A stretch of DNA of 64,000 nt from an uncultured Campylobacter sp. (GCF_938017705.1 NZ_CALIIS010000038.1:3532-67531), one strand, 5' to 3'; counted from the stretch's first letter, positions 46,599 to 59,736 are shown. The notes: a model not told the origin generated them from the letters alone. Numbers and translations: made by a program.

Positions 46599-46975
46599 CG
46601 ATAAATTTGATCCGAATTTATTTCGATTACCGTGTGGACGTTGCCGCGCGGATTAAAATCGCCCGTGATTTTCATAAATTTAGGCTTTAGCTTACTTTGA
46701 AGCGCGCCGTAAATTTCATTTATACTATCCTCGTGGCTGATATAGCGGTTCATAAAGGAATTTATGTAAAGTTTGATCGCCTTAAGCTCCACTACGAGCT
46801 TATCGGGGATATATTCCAAATAGATCGTCGCAAAGTCCGGATATCCCGAGCGCGGGCAGCGGCAGCAAAACTCGGGCAGGGTAATTTTTATCAGATAATC
46901 ACGCTCCTGTTTATTGGGCCAAACTTCTAAATTTTCGATGTCAAATTTCTCAATTTCCTCTTCGCCGTATCTCAC
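46595..46975 (-). CDS. queF: NADPH-dependent 7-cyano-7-deazaguanine reductase (type I QueF)
   Basis: Catalytic Cys region CCRCPRSGYPDF and QueF motif ELKAIKLYINSF. 126 aa. Confidence 0.9.
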   Translation of the reverse strand: MRYGEEEIEKFDIENLEVWPNKQERDYLIKITLPEFCCRCPRSGYPDFATIYLEYIPDKLVVELKAIKLYINSFMNRYISHEDSINEIYGALQSKLKPKFMKITGDFNPRGNVHTVIEINSDQIYR

Positions 46976-48399
46976 TATGATCTCCTTAAATTCGATATAT
47001 CATTCGGTTTTTCGACGCAAAATCCCTGAATATAATCGATACCCATTTTATAAAGTTTCATTTGAAATTCCTGCTTATCTACAAAGCGCATTATGGTTTT
47101 GACGTCCGATTTTGCGCAGGCTTCGTTGATGCCTATAAAAATATTTTTTATCTTTTCATCGTCTAAATTTTTATTAAATTCTATGTCATAAACGATAAAA
47201 TCGACGTTTAGAAATTTTAAATACTCAAAGCTCGCGTTTGAGCCGCCGAACTGCGACAGCGCGAAGCTAAATCCAAGTTCGCGAAATCTAATTAAAATTT
47301 CATCAAAGCGCTTGATCTCAGAATAGATAAGCTTTTCGTTAAACTCAAACACGATCTTTTTCGGATCGATTAGGTTATTATCGATGAGCTTTAAAATTTC
47401 ATTGCGAAACTCATTATTTCGCAGCGTTTGAGGCATAATCTCGATAAAAATTTTAGCGTCGATATCCTTAAAATAGATGATTCTAGAAATCTGCCTCATC
47501 ATCGAAATATCGTATTTAATATCGTAATGATTTAGAAGCAAAATATCTAAAATTCTACTTTTTGTGATCTTTTCGCCGCTTCTTAGATCAAGCTTCGGAA
47601 TCAAATTTATATGAGATTTTACCCCGTTTTTATCCGCAACGCGCTGATATTTAAAACTGAAATTTTCACTATCTATCGCCTCCATCACGTCGGCGGAAAA
47701 TACGTCTATTAATACTTTCTCTACGTCAATAGCCTTCTCGCCGTGCTCTTCGTCGTCCAGGTGATTTATCTTATAAAATAGCGCATTTACGATATTATGC
47801 AGATTGCGATCATAGGAGCTTGGAAGCATCGTAAATTCGCTTTTAATCTCTACATTTTTGATCGTCTGACTTGAAATTTTATGCTCAAACATCCTCAAAA
47901 TATGGCTTAAATTTGTAGCTTTTGATTCTACACCGAATACGAAGTAGCCGTTTATAAAGCGACCGATCGGAAGGTCCTTAAAACCCTGCTCCGCCATAAA
48001 ATTTGAAAGTTCCTTACAATACTCGTATAAAATTTCATCGCCGTTTTTATAACCGTATCGATCGTTTATGTCGATGATATTTTTAATTCGCAAAAGCACA
48101 ATATTTATTTGACGATTTTTAGCTAGATCATTGCTTAAAATTTTCTCGATCTCCTCGCGCACGAATACATGCGTAACGGGATCAATCAGCGTCTTTTGAA
48201 AACCGAAATAAATTTGATAGATAACGTAATAAACATAGCAGATTAAAAGTATCAAAAATAAAATTACGTCGTCAAATTTAAACTCTCCGTTTCGGAACAA
48301 AATAATTCCGAAAACAATTAAAACGCAGGTAAACGGCACCGAAATTTTAAGTGCCGTTATAAAACGATTTTCGCGCTCTTTGGTCTCACTAAATAACAT
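46975..48399 (-). CDS. membrane protein with degenerate GGDEF-like and EAL-like domains
   Basis: Two N-terminal TM helices. A GGDEF-type fold is suggested by DINDRYGYKNGDEILYEY, but there is no GG(D/E)EF (INGYF instead). The EAL-type region has ...FALSQFGGSNASFEYLKFLNVDFIVYDIEF...IDYIQGF, with DDFG replaced by SQFG. Confidence 0.65.
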   Translation of the reverse strand: MLFSETKERENRFITALKISVPFTCVLIVFGIILFRNGEFKFDDVILFLILLICYVYYVIYQIYFGFQKTLIDPVTHVFVREEIEKILSNDLAKNRQINIVLLRIKNIIDINDRYGYKNGDEILYEYCKELSNFMAEQGFKDLPIGRFINGYFVFGVESKATNLSHILRMFEHKISSQTIKNVEIKSEFTMLPSSYDRNLHNIVNALFYKINHLDDEEHGEKAIDVEKVLIDVFSADVMEAIDSENFSFKYQRVADKNGVKSHINLIPKLDLRSGEKITKSRILDILLLNHYDIKYDISMMRQISRIIYFKDIDAKIFIEIMPQTLRNNEFRNEILKLIDNNLIDPKKIVFEFNEKLIYSEIKRFDEILIRFRELGFSFALSQFGGSNASFEYLKFLNVDFIVYDIEFNKNLDDEKIKNIFIGINEACAKSDVKTIMRFVDKQEFQMKLYKMGIDYIQGFCVEKPNDISNLRRS

Positions 48400-50721
<2,322 letters not shown>

Positions 50722-51801
50722 TTAAATATTATTTATCGGCATGACAACCGTTTTTAGGTCGTCCGCGCTAAGTACGAACGCCGTATCGGAGTTGTTAAAA
50801 TCAAGCTCAAAAATTTCACTCTCAATATTACTTAAAAAATCAAGCAGAAAGCGATTTTTCACGCCGAAGACTATCTCGCCGTTTATATCGATCGCCGCTT
50901 CAATTTCGGTCTTTGCTTCGGAATTATCTTCGTTGATACTTTCAAAAACCATTCCGTCCTTCTTAATGGTAACCTTCATCTCCTCGCACATTGCATTTAT
51001 CGCTCGCACGCCGCTTACCATCTTATCGCGCGGGATTAAAATTTTATACGCCGTATCGCTTGGGATCACGCGCTCGTAGTTTGGAAATTTGCCGTTTATA
51101 AGCTTCGTAAAAAACTCAAAATTTTCGCTCACCGCTAGTAGCACGTTTTCGTCGTAGTAAATTTTAATTTTATCCGAAAATAGCTTTTGAATTTCGCCTA
51201 TCGCCTTTTTAGGGATTAAAATTTTAGTATCTAGCTCGCCCGCTTTTGATTGAGTGATCAGCTTATAAACGCTAAGTCGCTTAGTATCGGTTCCGACTAA
51301 ATTTAAAAATCCCTCTTTTACGTCGATTAAGGCTCCGTTTAGCTCATATTTCGGATTGTTCGTATCAATTGACGGATATATTTTTTTAAGGCTTCTTCCT
51401 AAAATTCCAGCATTTACGTCAAAGCTATTTTTGCCCTCTATTGTAGGAAAGCTCGGAAAATCCCTCGTTTCAAACATCGGAAGCTTATACTTAGATTTTT
51501 TTTGCTTTACAAATAGCGCTCCATTTACGGTCTCTAAAGTTACGTTATCGTCGCTTAAGCCTTTAATAACGCTAAGAAGTTTGCCTCCATTTGCCGTAGC
51601 TTCTCCCTCTGTTTCTATCGAGACATTTTGTAGATTGTAGCTTAAGCCAATTTCATGATCGGTAGCTTTTATACTAAAAATTCCATCTTTAGCGCTCATC
51701 AAAAGATGCGAAGTTATTGAGCTTAGATCTTTTTTATCAAGATAGGAACTCGTATTGGAAACTATCTCTTCTAAAAGTTTTTTAGTGATTAACACTTTCA
51801 T
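50722..51801 (-). CDS. dnaN: DNA polymerase III beta sliding clamp
   Basis: 359 aa positioned between dnaA and gyrB, with a three-domain clamp pattern. Confidence 0.93.
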   Translation of the reverse strand: MKVLITKKLLEEIVSNTSSYLDKKDLSSITSHLLMSAKDGIFSIKATDHEIGLSYNLQNVSIETEGEATANGGKLLSVIKGLSDDNVTLETVNGALFVKQKKSKYKLPMFETRDFPSFPTIEGKNSFDVNAGILGRSLKKIYPSIDTNNPKYELNGALIDVKEGFLNLVGTDTKRLSVYKLITQSKAGELDTKILIPKKAIGEIQKLFSDKIKIYYDENVLLAVSENFEFFTKLINGKFPNYERVIPSDTAYKILIPRDKMVSGVRAINAMCEEMKVTIKKDGMVFESINEDNSEAKTEIEAAIDINGEIVFGVKNRFLLDFLSNIESEIFELDFNNSDTAFVLSADDLKTVVMPINNI

Positions 51802-51960
51802 ATTTTTATCCTTTTAAATTTTTATCGTTGTTGTAGTTGGTAAGCGGTTTTTGTGAAAAACTCATTTTTAGATCCATTTTTAGGAGGTTTTTATCGTGAG
51901 TAAGAGATCTCATTTTATTCACTTTCATTCACGTTTTTTGATCTATTTTCATAAAATACG
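51802..51960. other. candidate oriC segment (dnaA-dnaN intergenic)
   Basis: DnaA-box-like TTATTCACT (51915-51923) and TCATTCACG (51925-51933) are adjacent. TTATCGTGA lies at 51891-51899. An AT-rich tract at 51802-51830 lies next to the dnaN start. Confidence 0.55.
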
Positions 51961-53289
51961 TTAAATTTCATTCTTTTCCTTCTTGGTTATTTTGTTTTTT
52001 AGCTCTTCTATTTTTATCTTTAACATCTCGTCGGTTTGGATGAGTTCGTTGATTTTTTTGATATTTTTGCTGATAGCGCTGTGATCTTTTAGATTAAAGA
52101 ATGTTGCGATTTTTGGCATTGAGTTTTGAGTTAGCTGTTTGGTTAGATATATGCAAATTTGGCGCGCTTCTACGACGTTTTTACTTCGCGTTTTACTCTT
52201 TAGCTCGCTAGGTTTTATGTTTAACTCTTTTGAGACGACCTCAATGACGTGTTCTAGGCTCACGCTTGAATATTTTTGATGGATCTGATCTTGAAGCGTA
52301 CTTTTGGTAAATTCCAGCGTGATCTTCGTGCGAAGTATCGATGAATAGGCGTTTAGTTTATTTATTGCACCTTCAATTTCGCGGATATTATCGCCCATAT
52401 TTGCGGCAATATATTCTACGACGTCGTGTGGAATTCTAACGCGATTTTCTTCGCTCTTTTTATTGATAATAGCGATTTTAGTTTCTAGATCCGGCGGGGT
52501 TATGTTTGCTATTATGCCGCTTTCAAATCGCGTTGTGAGGCGACTTTCAAAGCCTTTTAAGAATTTCGGCGGCAGGTCGTTGGTTAGCACGATTTGGCAG
52601 TTTTTGTCTTTTAGCTCGTTAAATGTGTAAAAAAGCTCCTCCTGAGCCTTATCACGCCCGATTAAAAACTGAATATCGTCGATGAGTAAAACGTCGCAGT
52701 TGCGGTATTTTTGTTTAAATTTATCGATTGAGTTGTTTTTGAGATTAAAGACAAAATCATTGGCAAACTGCTCGCTAGTGACGCAGATGACGGTTTTTCC
52801 CTTTTTGATGCAGTAATTTCCGATCGATTGAAGTAGGTGAGTTTTGCCAAGCCCACTAGGTCCGTAGATAAAGAGCGGATTAAAGCGGATTCCAGGCTCT
52901 TTTGCGACGGTAATTGAACACTCAAAAGCAAATTTATTTGAATCGCCGATTATGAAATTTTCAAAATTATAATTTTCGCTTAAAATCGTACTCTTAGGCT
53001 TTTCGGAGATGATTTTTACCTTTTCTTTCGGCGAAATTTTAGATTTTGAGGTAATTTTAACGATTACGTCGTTGAGTCCAAACTGTTTTTTGATAAGCTC
53101 TTTTATTTTTTTGCCATATTTTGTCTGGGTATATTTAGCGATAAACTCGTTAGATGCGTTATAGATGAAAAATTCAGACGTCGAGCTTTTATCGTTAAAT
53201 TTCAAATTTTTGATATATCTAGAGTATTCGGTAGGTAAAATTTCCTTCTCTAGGTTTGACAAAATTTCTTGTGCTTGTGACGTCGCCAT
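51961..53289 (-). CDS. dnaA: chromosomal replication initiator DnaA
   Basis: Walker A GPSGLGKTHLL, LLIDDIQFL, and the C-terminal DnaA-box-binding domain (...VEARQICIYLTKQLT...). Confidence 0.97.
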   Translation of the reverse strand: MATSQAQEILSNLEKEILPTEYSRYIKNLKFNDKSSTSEFFIYNASNEFIAKYTQTKYGKKIKELIKKQFGLNDVIVKITSKSKISPKEKVKIISEKPKSTILSENYNFENFIIGDSNKFAFECSITVAKEPGIRFNPLFIYGPSGLGKTHLLQSIGNYCIKKGKTVICVTSEQFANDFVFNLKNNSIDKFKQKYRNCDVLLIDDIQFLIGRDKAQEELFYTFNELKDKNCQIVLTNDLPPKFLKGFESRLTTRFESGIIANITPPDLETKIAIINKKSEENRVRIPHDVVEYIAANMGDNIREIEGAINKLNAYSSILRTKITLEFTKSTLQDQIHQKYSSVSLEHVIEVVSKELNIKPSELKSKTRSKNVVEARQICIYLTKQLTQNSMPKIATFFNLKDHSAISKNIKKINELIQTDEMLKIKIEELKNKITKKEKNEI

Positions 53290-53399
53290 TGAATTCCCTT
53301 ATAAATTAAGATGTCATTTTAGCTAAATTTCACTAAATTTGCGGTAAATTTCAGTTTGTTCACCGGTGATTAAGCCGTGAATAAGCGTGAAAGGTGGCT
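53290..53399. promoter_or_regulatory. dnaA upstream region with DnaA-box-like sites
   Basis: xTTCAC cores at 53327-53333 and 53357-53363 on the plus strand. GTGAATAA (53378-53385) is TTATTCAC on the minus strand, followed by GTGAAA at 53388-53393. Confidence 0.45.
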
Positions 53400-53879
53400 A
53401 TGAAAATTTTAGGAATTGATCCGGGAACCAGAAATTTAGGCTATGCGATTTTGGAAAAAGATGTGAATAAGATTAAACTCATTGAGGCGGGATTAGTAAA
53501 AATGAAGGCCGAAAACGTGCAATTTCAAATGACGCAGATGAGCGAGGCGATCGATCAAATTTTTAGCGCTCATAAGATCGATGAGGTCGCGATAGAATCG
53601 ATGTTTTACGCCTACAATCCGCAGTCTGTTTTAAAGCTCGCTCAGTTTCGCGGCGCGCTGGCTCTTAAAATTTTACAAATTTTTGGAAATTTCGCCGAAT
53701 ACACGCCGCTTCAGATAAAAAAATCGGTCACGGGCAAAGCAAAGGCGGCGAAGGAGCAGGTCGCCTTCATGGTAAAGCGGATTTTAGGGATTAATAAGGA
53801 GATCAAACCGCTCGACGTTACCGACGCCATTGCCGTTGCGCTCACGCACGCTCACGCGATGCGCCGGGCGCCTAGATAG
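53400..53879 (+). CDS. ruvC: Holliday junction resolvase RuvC
   Basis: [18 protein letters not shown]... The ATG at 53400 lies behind AAAGGTGG; a GTG at 53394 is possible. Confidence 0.9.
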   Translation: MKILGIDPGTRNLGYAILEKDVNKIKLIEAGLVKMKAENVQFQMTQMSEAIDQIFSAHKIDEVAIESMFYAYNPQSVLKLAQFRGALALKILQIFGNFAEYTPLQIKKSVTGKAKAAKEQVAFMVKRILGINKEIKPLDVTDAIAVALTHAHAMRRAPR

Positions 53880-53888
53880 GAGAAAGAG

Positions 53889-54695
53889 TTGAAAATCGCA
53901 ATCTTACAAATGAACGTGAAGCTCGCCTCTACTGTCGCGGATTGCGAGCAAAATTTTATCCGAGCGCGAGAGCTTATAGATCGCGCGTTAAAACGCGGCG
54001 CGGACGTAGTGGTGCTGTCCGAGGCCTTTAATACGGGCTTTTGCGTGCAAAATTTCAAGCGCTTAGCCGATGCGGGAGCTGCGCGAACGAAGGGATTTTT
54101 AAGCGAAATTTCGCAAAACTGTGGAGCTGTTTTAATAGGCGGATCGATAAACTCCGAGCGAGATAAAATTTATAATTCTGCTTTCGTCTATCAAAACGGA
54201 GCCGAAATTTTACGCTACGACAAGATCCACGCTTTCTCGCTCGCTCGCGAAAACGAGATCGTAAGCAGCGGCGATAAGCTAGGCATTTGCGAGATAAAAT
54301 TTCAAAATCGCGCAGTTAAAATCGGCGTCGCGGTCTGCTATGATCTGCGCTTTTGTGAAATTTTTCGCGCCTTAGCGCTTCGCGGCGCGCAGATAGTTTT
54401 TGTGATTGCGCAGTTTGCGCAAAGTCGCATAGAGCATTTTATCACGCTTGCTAAGGCCCGCGCGATCGAAAATCAAATTTTTATCTGCGCGGTAAACGGC
54501 TGCGGCGATACGGGGCAGGGCGAGAGTTTCGGCGGAAATTCCATGCTGATCGGTCCCGGCGGTGAGATCGTCGCGCGCCTAGGCAAAAAAGAGGCCGTGA
54601 AGATTGCTCGAGCGGATTTAAATGAAATTTTAAAATTTCGCGCTAAAATGGATCTTTTAAAAGATATGAAACCTGAAATTTATAAGGAGTTTTGA
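53889..54695 (+). CDS. carbon-nitrogen hydrolase (nitrilase superfamily) protein
   Basis: TTG start behind AGGAGA. Catalytic-triad context: ...VVVLSEAFNTG..., ...YDKIH..., ...IGVAVCYDLRF... Confidence 0.85.
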   Translation: MKIAILQMNVKLASTVADCEQNFIRARELIDRALKRGADVVVLSEAFNTGFCVQNFKRLADAGAARTKGFLSEISQNCGAVLIGGSINSERDKIYNSAFVYQNGAEILRYDKIHAFSLARENEIVSSGDKLGICEIKFQNRAVKIGVAVCYDLRFCEIFRALALRGAQIVFVIAQFAQSRIEHFITLAKARAIENQIFICAVNGCGDTGQGESFGGNSMLIGPGGEIVARLGKKEAVKIARADLNEILKFRAKMDLLKDMKPEIYKEF

Positions 54696-55222
54696 TGAAA
54701 ACTTTGGTATTTGTGATCGATATGTTAAACGGCTTCGTAAAATTCGGCGCGATGGCCGATCCTAGCATAGCAAAGATCGCTCCTGCGGTGATTAGGCAGA
54801 TTGAGGCGGCTAAAAACGTGCATTTCATCTGTGACGCTCACGCCGAGCGGGATCTGGAGATGAAGCGATATCCGGTTCACTGTCTAAAAGGCTCGCCAGA
54901 ATCGGAGGTGATCGAGGAGCTTGCGCCGTTTGTAAGCGAGCAAAACGTCACTTTTAAGCGCAGCACGAACGGCTTTCATAATTTGGATAAGAAAATTTTA
55001 GAGGGCTTTGATCGCTTCGTAATTACGGGCTGCTGCACCGACATCTGCGTGATGCAGTTTGCGCTTAGCTTGCGAACCTATCTTAACGAAATTGGCGCCG
55101 ATAAAGACGTCGTCGTTCCGCGAGGTGCGGTAGCTACCTACGATGCGCCGAATCATGAACGCGGTTACTACGACGAATGTGCGCTAAGCTTAATGCAAAA
55201 TGCAGGAATTTTGGTAGTTTAA
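54695..55222 (+). CDS. isochorismatase-family cysteine hydrolase (nicotinamidase-like)
   Basis: ...LVFVIDMLNGF... and ...VITGCCTDICVMQFALSL... The ATG at 54695 lies 5 nt after AAGGAG. Confidence 0.8.
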   Translation: MKTLVFVIDMLNGFVKFGAMADPSIAKIAPAVIRQIEAAKNVHFICDAHAERDLEMKRYPVHCLKGSPESEVIEELAPFVSEQNVTFKRSTNGFHNLDKKILEGFDRFVITGCCTDICVMQFALSLRTYLNEIGADKDVVVPRGAVATYDAPNHERGYYDECALSLMQNAGILVV

Positions 55223-55354
55223 GCTGTACTTAGATTAAACAGAATTTCAAGCTAAATTTTCTAGCTTATAAATTTTAAAATTTAGAGCCGCTCTTAAAAT
55301 TTTGAAATTTTGTGTTGCTCGTAAAATTTTAAAGTTTTAATCTTTTTATGGAAT

Positions 55355-56518
55355 TTAGCTTTGTTTCACCGCGACTGCTTTTGCGACGAAAAATCCCACT
55401 ACTCCAGAAATTATCGAGCCTAAAAATACCGCGAGCTTGTCTGTGTAATGATACATATCGCTGCCGCCGTATGCTAAGCCGTCAACGAAAAGCGCCATCG
55501 TAAAGCCGATACCACAGATGATCGCCACTGCGTAAAGCTGCATCCAGCCTGCGTTTTCCGGCATGTAGGCGATTTTGGCTTTGATTAAGATCCAGCTGAA
55601 AGTAAAAATTCCGATCTGTTTGCCGAAAAATAGCCCGAGCATGATGCCCATCGGTACGGGACCGAAAAGAAAACTAGGGCTGATACCAGCTAGCGAGACG
55701 CCAGCATTCGTAAAAGCAAAGATCGGCAAGATGAAGAAATTTACGGGGTAGGCTAGGCCGTGTTCCATATCCTTTAGCATCGAGCCCGAGCAGGTCTTAA
55801 GCGGGATACAAAAGCCCGCGAGTACTCCCGCGATGGTCGCGTGGATACCTGAGTTTAGCACCATTACCCACAGCACGATGGCGACGATGATGAATGGAAG
55901 CTTTTTATCAACGCCGAATCTGCTCATTGCTAGCATTATTACGATACAGGCAACCGCGCCACCTAGATAGATTGCATTTATATCCGAGGAATAAAACAAA
56001 GCGATGATTAAAATTGCACACAAATCGTCCATTATCGCAAGCGTCAAAACAAAAATTTTAAGGCTAGCCGGGATTTTTTTGCCCAAAAGTGCCATAACGC
56101 CCACGGCAAAGGCTATATCTGTCGCCGTAGGGATTGCCCAGCCCTTCATCGCGACGGCATCGCCCCAGTTAATGATCGAAAATATAATCGCAGGCATCAT
56201 TACTCCGCCCAGAGCCGCGAAGCTAGGAAGTAAAATTTGAGAGAAATGGCGTAGCTGCCCTTCGATCTTTTCGCGCTTGAGCTCAAGTCCAATGGCAAAG
56301 AAAAATATAGCCATGAGCACGTCGTTTACTAAAAAATGCATCGATTCATCGAGCTTTGCAGGGCCGACGCCTATGGTGAAGTTTAGATGTAAAAACGCCT
56401 CATAGTATTTTGATAAAAAACCTACGTTTTGAGCTACGATTGCAAAGACCGCGGATAAAAGCAGTATAATTCCCGCGCTACTTTCGCTCGATAAAATTTT
56501 TCTTATGATCTGCCGCAC
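55355..56518 (-). CDS. nhaA: Na+/H+ antiporter NhaA
   Basis: ...AIFFFAIGLELKREKIEG... and the overall 12-TM NhaA pattern. Confidence 0.9.
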   Translation of the reverse strand: MRQIIRKILSSESSAGIILLLSAVFAIVAQNVGFLSKYYEAFLHLNFTIGVGPAKLDESMHFLVNDVLMAIFFFAIGLELKREKIEGQLRHFSQILLPSFAALGGVMMPAIIFSIINWGDAVAMKGWAIPTATDIAFAVGVMALLGKKIPASLKIFVLTLAIMDDLCAILIIALFYSSDINAIYLGGAVACIVIMLAMSRFGVDKKLPFIIVAIVLWVMVLNSGIHATIAGVLAGFCIPLKTCSGSMLKDMEHGLAYPVNFFILPIFAFTNAGVSLAGISPSFLFGPVPMGIMLGLFFGKQIGIFTFSWILIKAKIAYMPENAGWMQLYAVAIICGIGFTMALFVDGLAYGGSDMYHYTDKLAVFLGSIISGVVGFFVAKAVAVKQS

Positions 56519-56581
56519 ATGCTTCCTTTAAAATTTTGCTCTAATTTTATGCAAATTTTAATTAAATTTTTATCAAAGCGC

Positions 56582-57022
56582 TTAGTTGCTCGGTAAATTC
56601 GGCATTATTAGCATCGCATAAAGTATTATAAACATCAGGATCGTAGGACCTTCGTTGATCGCACGAAAGTACTTTCCGCTCCTGTGGCACTCGTTTTTTT
56701 CAAATTTATACATATAATAATACAGCCACAAATGATAACAGATTAGCAAAACTCCGGCTAGCAGCTTTAGATGAAAATATCCCATCTTCATAAGCCCCGG
56801 ATTTAAAACGATAAGCATTACGCCGCTAAAAACCGTCACGACCATCGCTATCCAGCCGATCGCATGATACAGCATCCGCTCCATCTTTTTAACGACCTTT
56901 ACAAAATCCGGCTTGTCTAAATTTTCAGCGTGATAAACATACAGGCGCGGCATATAAAACAGCATCGCCATCCATGAAATAAAGCCCGCAAAATGGACAA
57001 ATTTAAACCAATAGTAACTCAT
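56582..57022 (-). CDS. hemJ: protoporphyrinogen IX oxidase HemJ (UPF0093/CopD-like)
   Basis: ...FKFVHFAGFISWMAMLFYMPRLYVYHAEN... is typical of HemJ. Confidence 0.72.
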   Translation of the reverse strand: MSYYWFKFVHFAGFISWMAMLFYMPRLYVYHAENLDKPDFVKVVKKMERMLYHAIGWIAMVVTVFSGVMLIVLNPGLMKMGYFHLKLLAGVLLICYHLWLYYYMYKFEKNECHRSGKYFRAINEGPTILMFIILYAMLIMPNLPSN

Positions 57023-57031
57023 TTTTTCTCC

Positions 57032-57424
57032 TTAATCTCTCATTAAAATTTCTTTTCGCGCCTCGAATTCCTCTTTAGAAATCGCGCCTTTTTGATACAG
57101 CTCAAAGAGCGCATCGACTTTTTTTAGACGTCCTTCGTAGTCGTCTTCCTCCGTCTCACTTGCAAAAGCATTTAAATCTTCTACCCAAATTCCTACGAAA
57201 AATATATCTAGCAAAATCCAAATTCCCCAAATCGCCCAAAACAAAAAGCCCACCAAAAACCATAGTGTAAAACTTCCCAGCCAAAATAGCGCGATTTGAG
57301 CAAATCCGCTGATAAATTTGCCGCAATAAATTCTATGCAGTCCGCCGCCGATCGGCATAGCTGCGATCCACGAAAACGCACCTAAAAACCAAAGCGCGTA
57401 AGCGATATAATTATTTCTCTTCAT
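57032..57424 (-). CDS. TM2-domain membrane protein with a C-terminal SHOCT motif
   Basis: TM2-type ...GGLHRIYCGKFISGFAQI... and SHOCT-type ...LFELYQKGAISKEEFEARKEILM. Confidence 0.65.
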   Translation of the reverse strand: MKRNNYIAYALWFLGAFSWIAAMPIGGGLHRIYCGKFISGFAQIALFWLGSFTLWFLVGFLFWAIWGIWILLDIFFVGIWVEDLNAFASETEEDDYEGRLKKVDALFELYQKGAISKEEFEARKEILMRD

Positions 57425-57872
57425 TTTTCTCCTTTTTTGCGGTGCGTAAGCCCTGAAAAATAAAAATCACTACGGCCAGATCTATCATCACGTCGGCGAA
57501 ATTAAACACCGCAAACTCAAACCATTTATGCCACGCAACGTAATCCACGACGCCGCCGCGAATGAAGCGATCAAGTAAATTTGAACAACCTCCCGCGAGC
57601 ATCAGCGCAAACGGCATCCAATGCTCGCAAAAGAGCTTTTTATGACAAAATACATACGCCGCAAGCGCTGAGATCAGCGCGATCTGGATAAATTTTAAAT
57701 TTTCGCCCAAAAAGGCAAACATCGAAAACGCAACGCCGCGATTAAGCGTAAGCTCTAGCGAAAAAAACTCTCCTTGCCACGAAAAGCCGTTTAAAAACAG
57801 AAGTTTGATCGCTTGATCGATCGCAAAGATCGCCGCAAAAAGCAGGATAAATTTAATACAGGTCTTAGCCAT
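57411..57872 (-). CDS. lspA: lipoprotein signal peptidase (signal peptidase II)
   Basis: ...AIDQAIK..., ...LTLNRGVAFSMF..., ...VVDYV...FNFADV... Confidence 0.85.
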   Translation of the reverse strand: MAKTCIKFILLFAAIFAIDQAIKLLFLNGFSWQGEFFSLELTLNRGVAFSMFAFLGENLKFIQIALISALAAYVFCHKKLFCEHWMPFALMLAGGCSNLLDRFIRGGVVDYVAWHKWFEFAVFNFADVMIDLAVVIFIFQGLRTAKKEKNEEK

Positions 57873-57970
57873 CTCGCAGCCTAAATTTAAATATGTAAAG
57901 CCTGCATTTTTTATCCGCGCCTTTTGTACCGAGCCATGAGCTTGTCGCGCCGTAAAATTTCACCGCAACG

Positions 57971-59311
57971 CTACTCATTTAGGGCTTTGGTAAAAAATTT
58001 CTCGACCTCGTCCATTCGCTTTTGCAGCAGTTTTTCGTTTTTGCCCTCGAGCAAGAGGCGGATAACGTTTTCGGTGCCGGAGTAGCGAAAGAGCGAGCGG
58101 ATATTGTCCGCTTTAAGGCTTGCTTCAAGCTCTTTTAGCCCTTTTAATTTTTCAAGCGGCTTTTTATCCGCGATCTTTAAATTTCTTAAAATTTGAGGAT
58201 ATGGCTTAAGCATAGCCGAAAGTTCGCTCGCTTTTTTGTGCGTATCCAGCATGCAAGCGGCGAATTGCAGCGCGCTTGCGATGCCGTCGCCCGTTTTGGC
58301 GTAATCGCCGAAGATCACGTGCCCGCTCTGCTCGCCGCCGAAATTTGCGCCAAGTTCGTGCATCATCTCAAGTACGAATTTATCGCCGACATTGCAGCGA
58401 TTAAGCGCGATGCCGTGTTTGGCTAAAAAATCCTCCAGTGCGGAGTTACTCATCACTGTTGCGATCATCTGATCGCCCGCGAGGCGCTTTTTCTCTTTCA
58501 AATATACCGCTAAAATTCCAAGCAGCGCGTCGCCGTGGATGATTTCGCCGTTTTCATCCACGACTACGAGTCTGTCGGCATCCCCGTCAAAGGCAAAGCC
58601 CACGTCGGCGCGCAGGCGTCTTACCTCCCCGGCCAGACCTTGCGGGCTTAACGCGCCGCAAGCATCATTTATATTTTTTCCGTTAGGCTCGTCGCCGATG
58701 ACGATCGTTTCGGCTCCCAGCTCATTAAATACGGTAGGTGCGACCCTGTAGCTTGCTCCGTTTGCGCAATCAAGGACGACGCGAAGCCCGTGCAGCGTCT
58801 TTTGCTTCGGGAAGGAATTTTTAATATGCACGATATATCTGCCGATGACGTCGTCCACGCGCTTTGCAGCGCCTATCTGCATCATTTTGGTGCGCGCCTC
58901 AGAGATGAGTTCGTCGCTGAAATAAATTTTTTCGATCTGAGCTTCCTCTTTTTCGTCGAGTTTGAAGCCCTCGCTGTTGAAAAATTTAATGCCGTTGTCG
59001 TAGTATGGATTGTGGCTCGCGCTTATCATGATGCCTGCATCGCAGCGCATATCCTCCGTAAGAAAGGCAATCGCAGGAGTAGGCATCGGACCGATCTGAC
59101 GGACGTTGTAGCCCACCGAGGTAAGACCCGCAACGATCGCTGTTTCTATCATATAGCCGCTTCTGCGGGTATCTTTGCCGACTAAAATCATATTCGTAAC
59201 GGAATTTTTCCTAAAATAAATTCCCGCTGCCATCGCTACGCGCATCGCAAGCTCGGCGGTCAAAAATTCTCCCGCTTTGCCTCGTACGCCGTCCGTTCCG
59301 AAAAGTTTCAT
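57971..59311 (-). CDS. glmM: phosphoglucosamine mutase
   Basis: [15 protein letters not shown]... from the ATG at 59311, active-site [15 protein letters not shown], and FDGDADR. Confidence 0.92.
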   Translation of the reverse strand: MKLFGTDGVRGKAGEFLTAELAMRVAMAAGIYFRKNSVTNMILVGKDTRRSGYMIETAIVAGLTSVGYNVRQIGPMPTPAIAFLTEDMRCDAGIMISASHNPYYDNGIKFFNSEGFKLDEKEEAQIEKIYFSDELISEARTKMMQIGAAKRVDDVIGRYIVHIKNSFPKQKTLHGLRVVLDCANGASYRVAPTVFNELGAETIVIGDEPNGKNINDACGALSPQGLAGEVRRLRADVGFAFDGDADRLVVVDENGEIIHGDALLGILAVYLKEKKRLAGDQMIATVMSNSALEDFLAKHGIALNRCNVGDKFVLEMMHELGANFGGEQSGHVIFGDYAKTGDGIASALQFAACMLDTHKKASELSAMLKPYPQILRNLKIADKKPLEKLKGLKELEASLKADNIRSLFRYSGTENVIRLLLEGKNEKLLQKRMDEVEKFFTKALNE

Positions 59312-59463
59312 TATCAAATCCTTGTATAAAAATCATGAAATTCTACCAGAAAAAGTTTAATCTTAATAAATTTAAACTATATTTAAATTTTACTTAAATT
59401 AAGCGTCGATTAAATATTTTTTACGTATAATCGCAGGTTCAAATTTAACTGAAAAGGAACATT

Positions 59464-59736
59464 ATGGCAAATCACAAATCCGCCGAAAAACGCGCGAGAC
59501 AAACCATAAAAAGAACGGAGCGAAATAGATTTTATCGCACCAGAGTAAAAAATATCACAAAAGCCGTAAAAGAGGCGGTCGAAAGCAAGGATCTAGACGC
59601 AGCGACCCAGGCTCTGAAAACGGCTAATGAAAGCTTTCACAGCTTCGTAAGCAGGGGCTTTTTGAAAAAACAGACCGCGAGCAGAAAAGTAAGCCGCCTA
59701 GCCAAACTCGTAAATTCTTTAAAAACCGCCGCGTAA
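59464..59736 (+). CDS. rpsT: 30S ribosomal protein S20
   Basis: [26 protein letters not shown]... Confidence 0.92.
   Translation: MANHKSAEKRARQTIKRTERNRFYRTRVKNITKAVKEAVESKDLDAATQALKTANESFHSFVSRGFLKKQTASRKVSRLAKLVNSLKTAA

Noticed and set aside
46976-47040. preQ1 riboswitch upstream of queF
   Set aside because: The queF start codon shares a nucleotide with the stop of the upstream gene, so there is no untranslated leader to hold a riboswitch.
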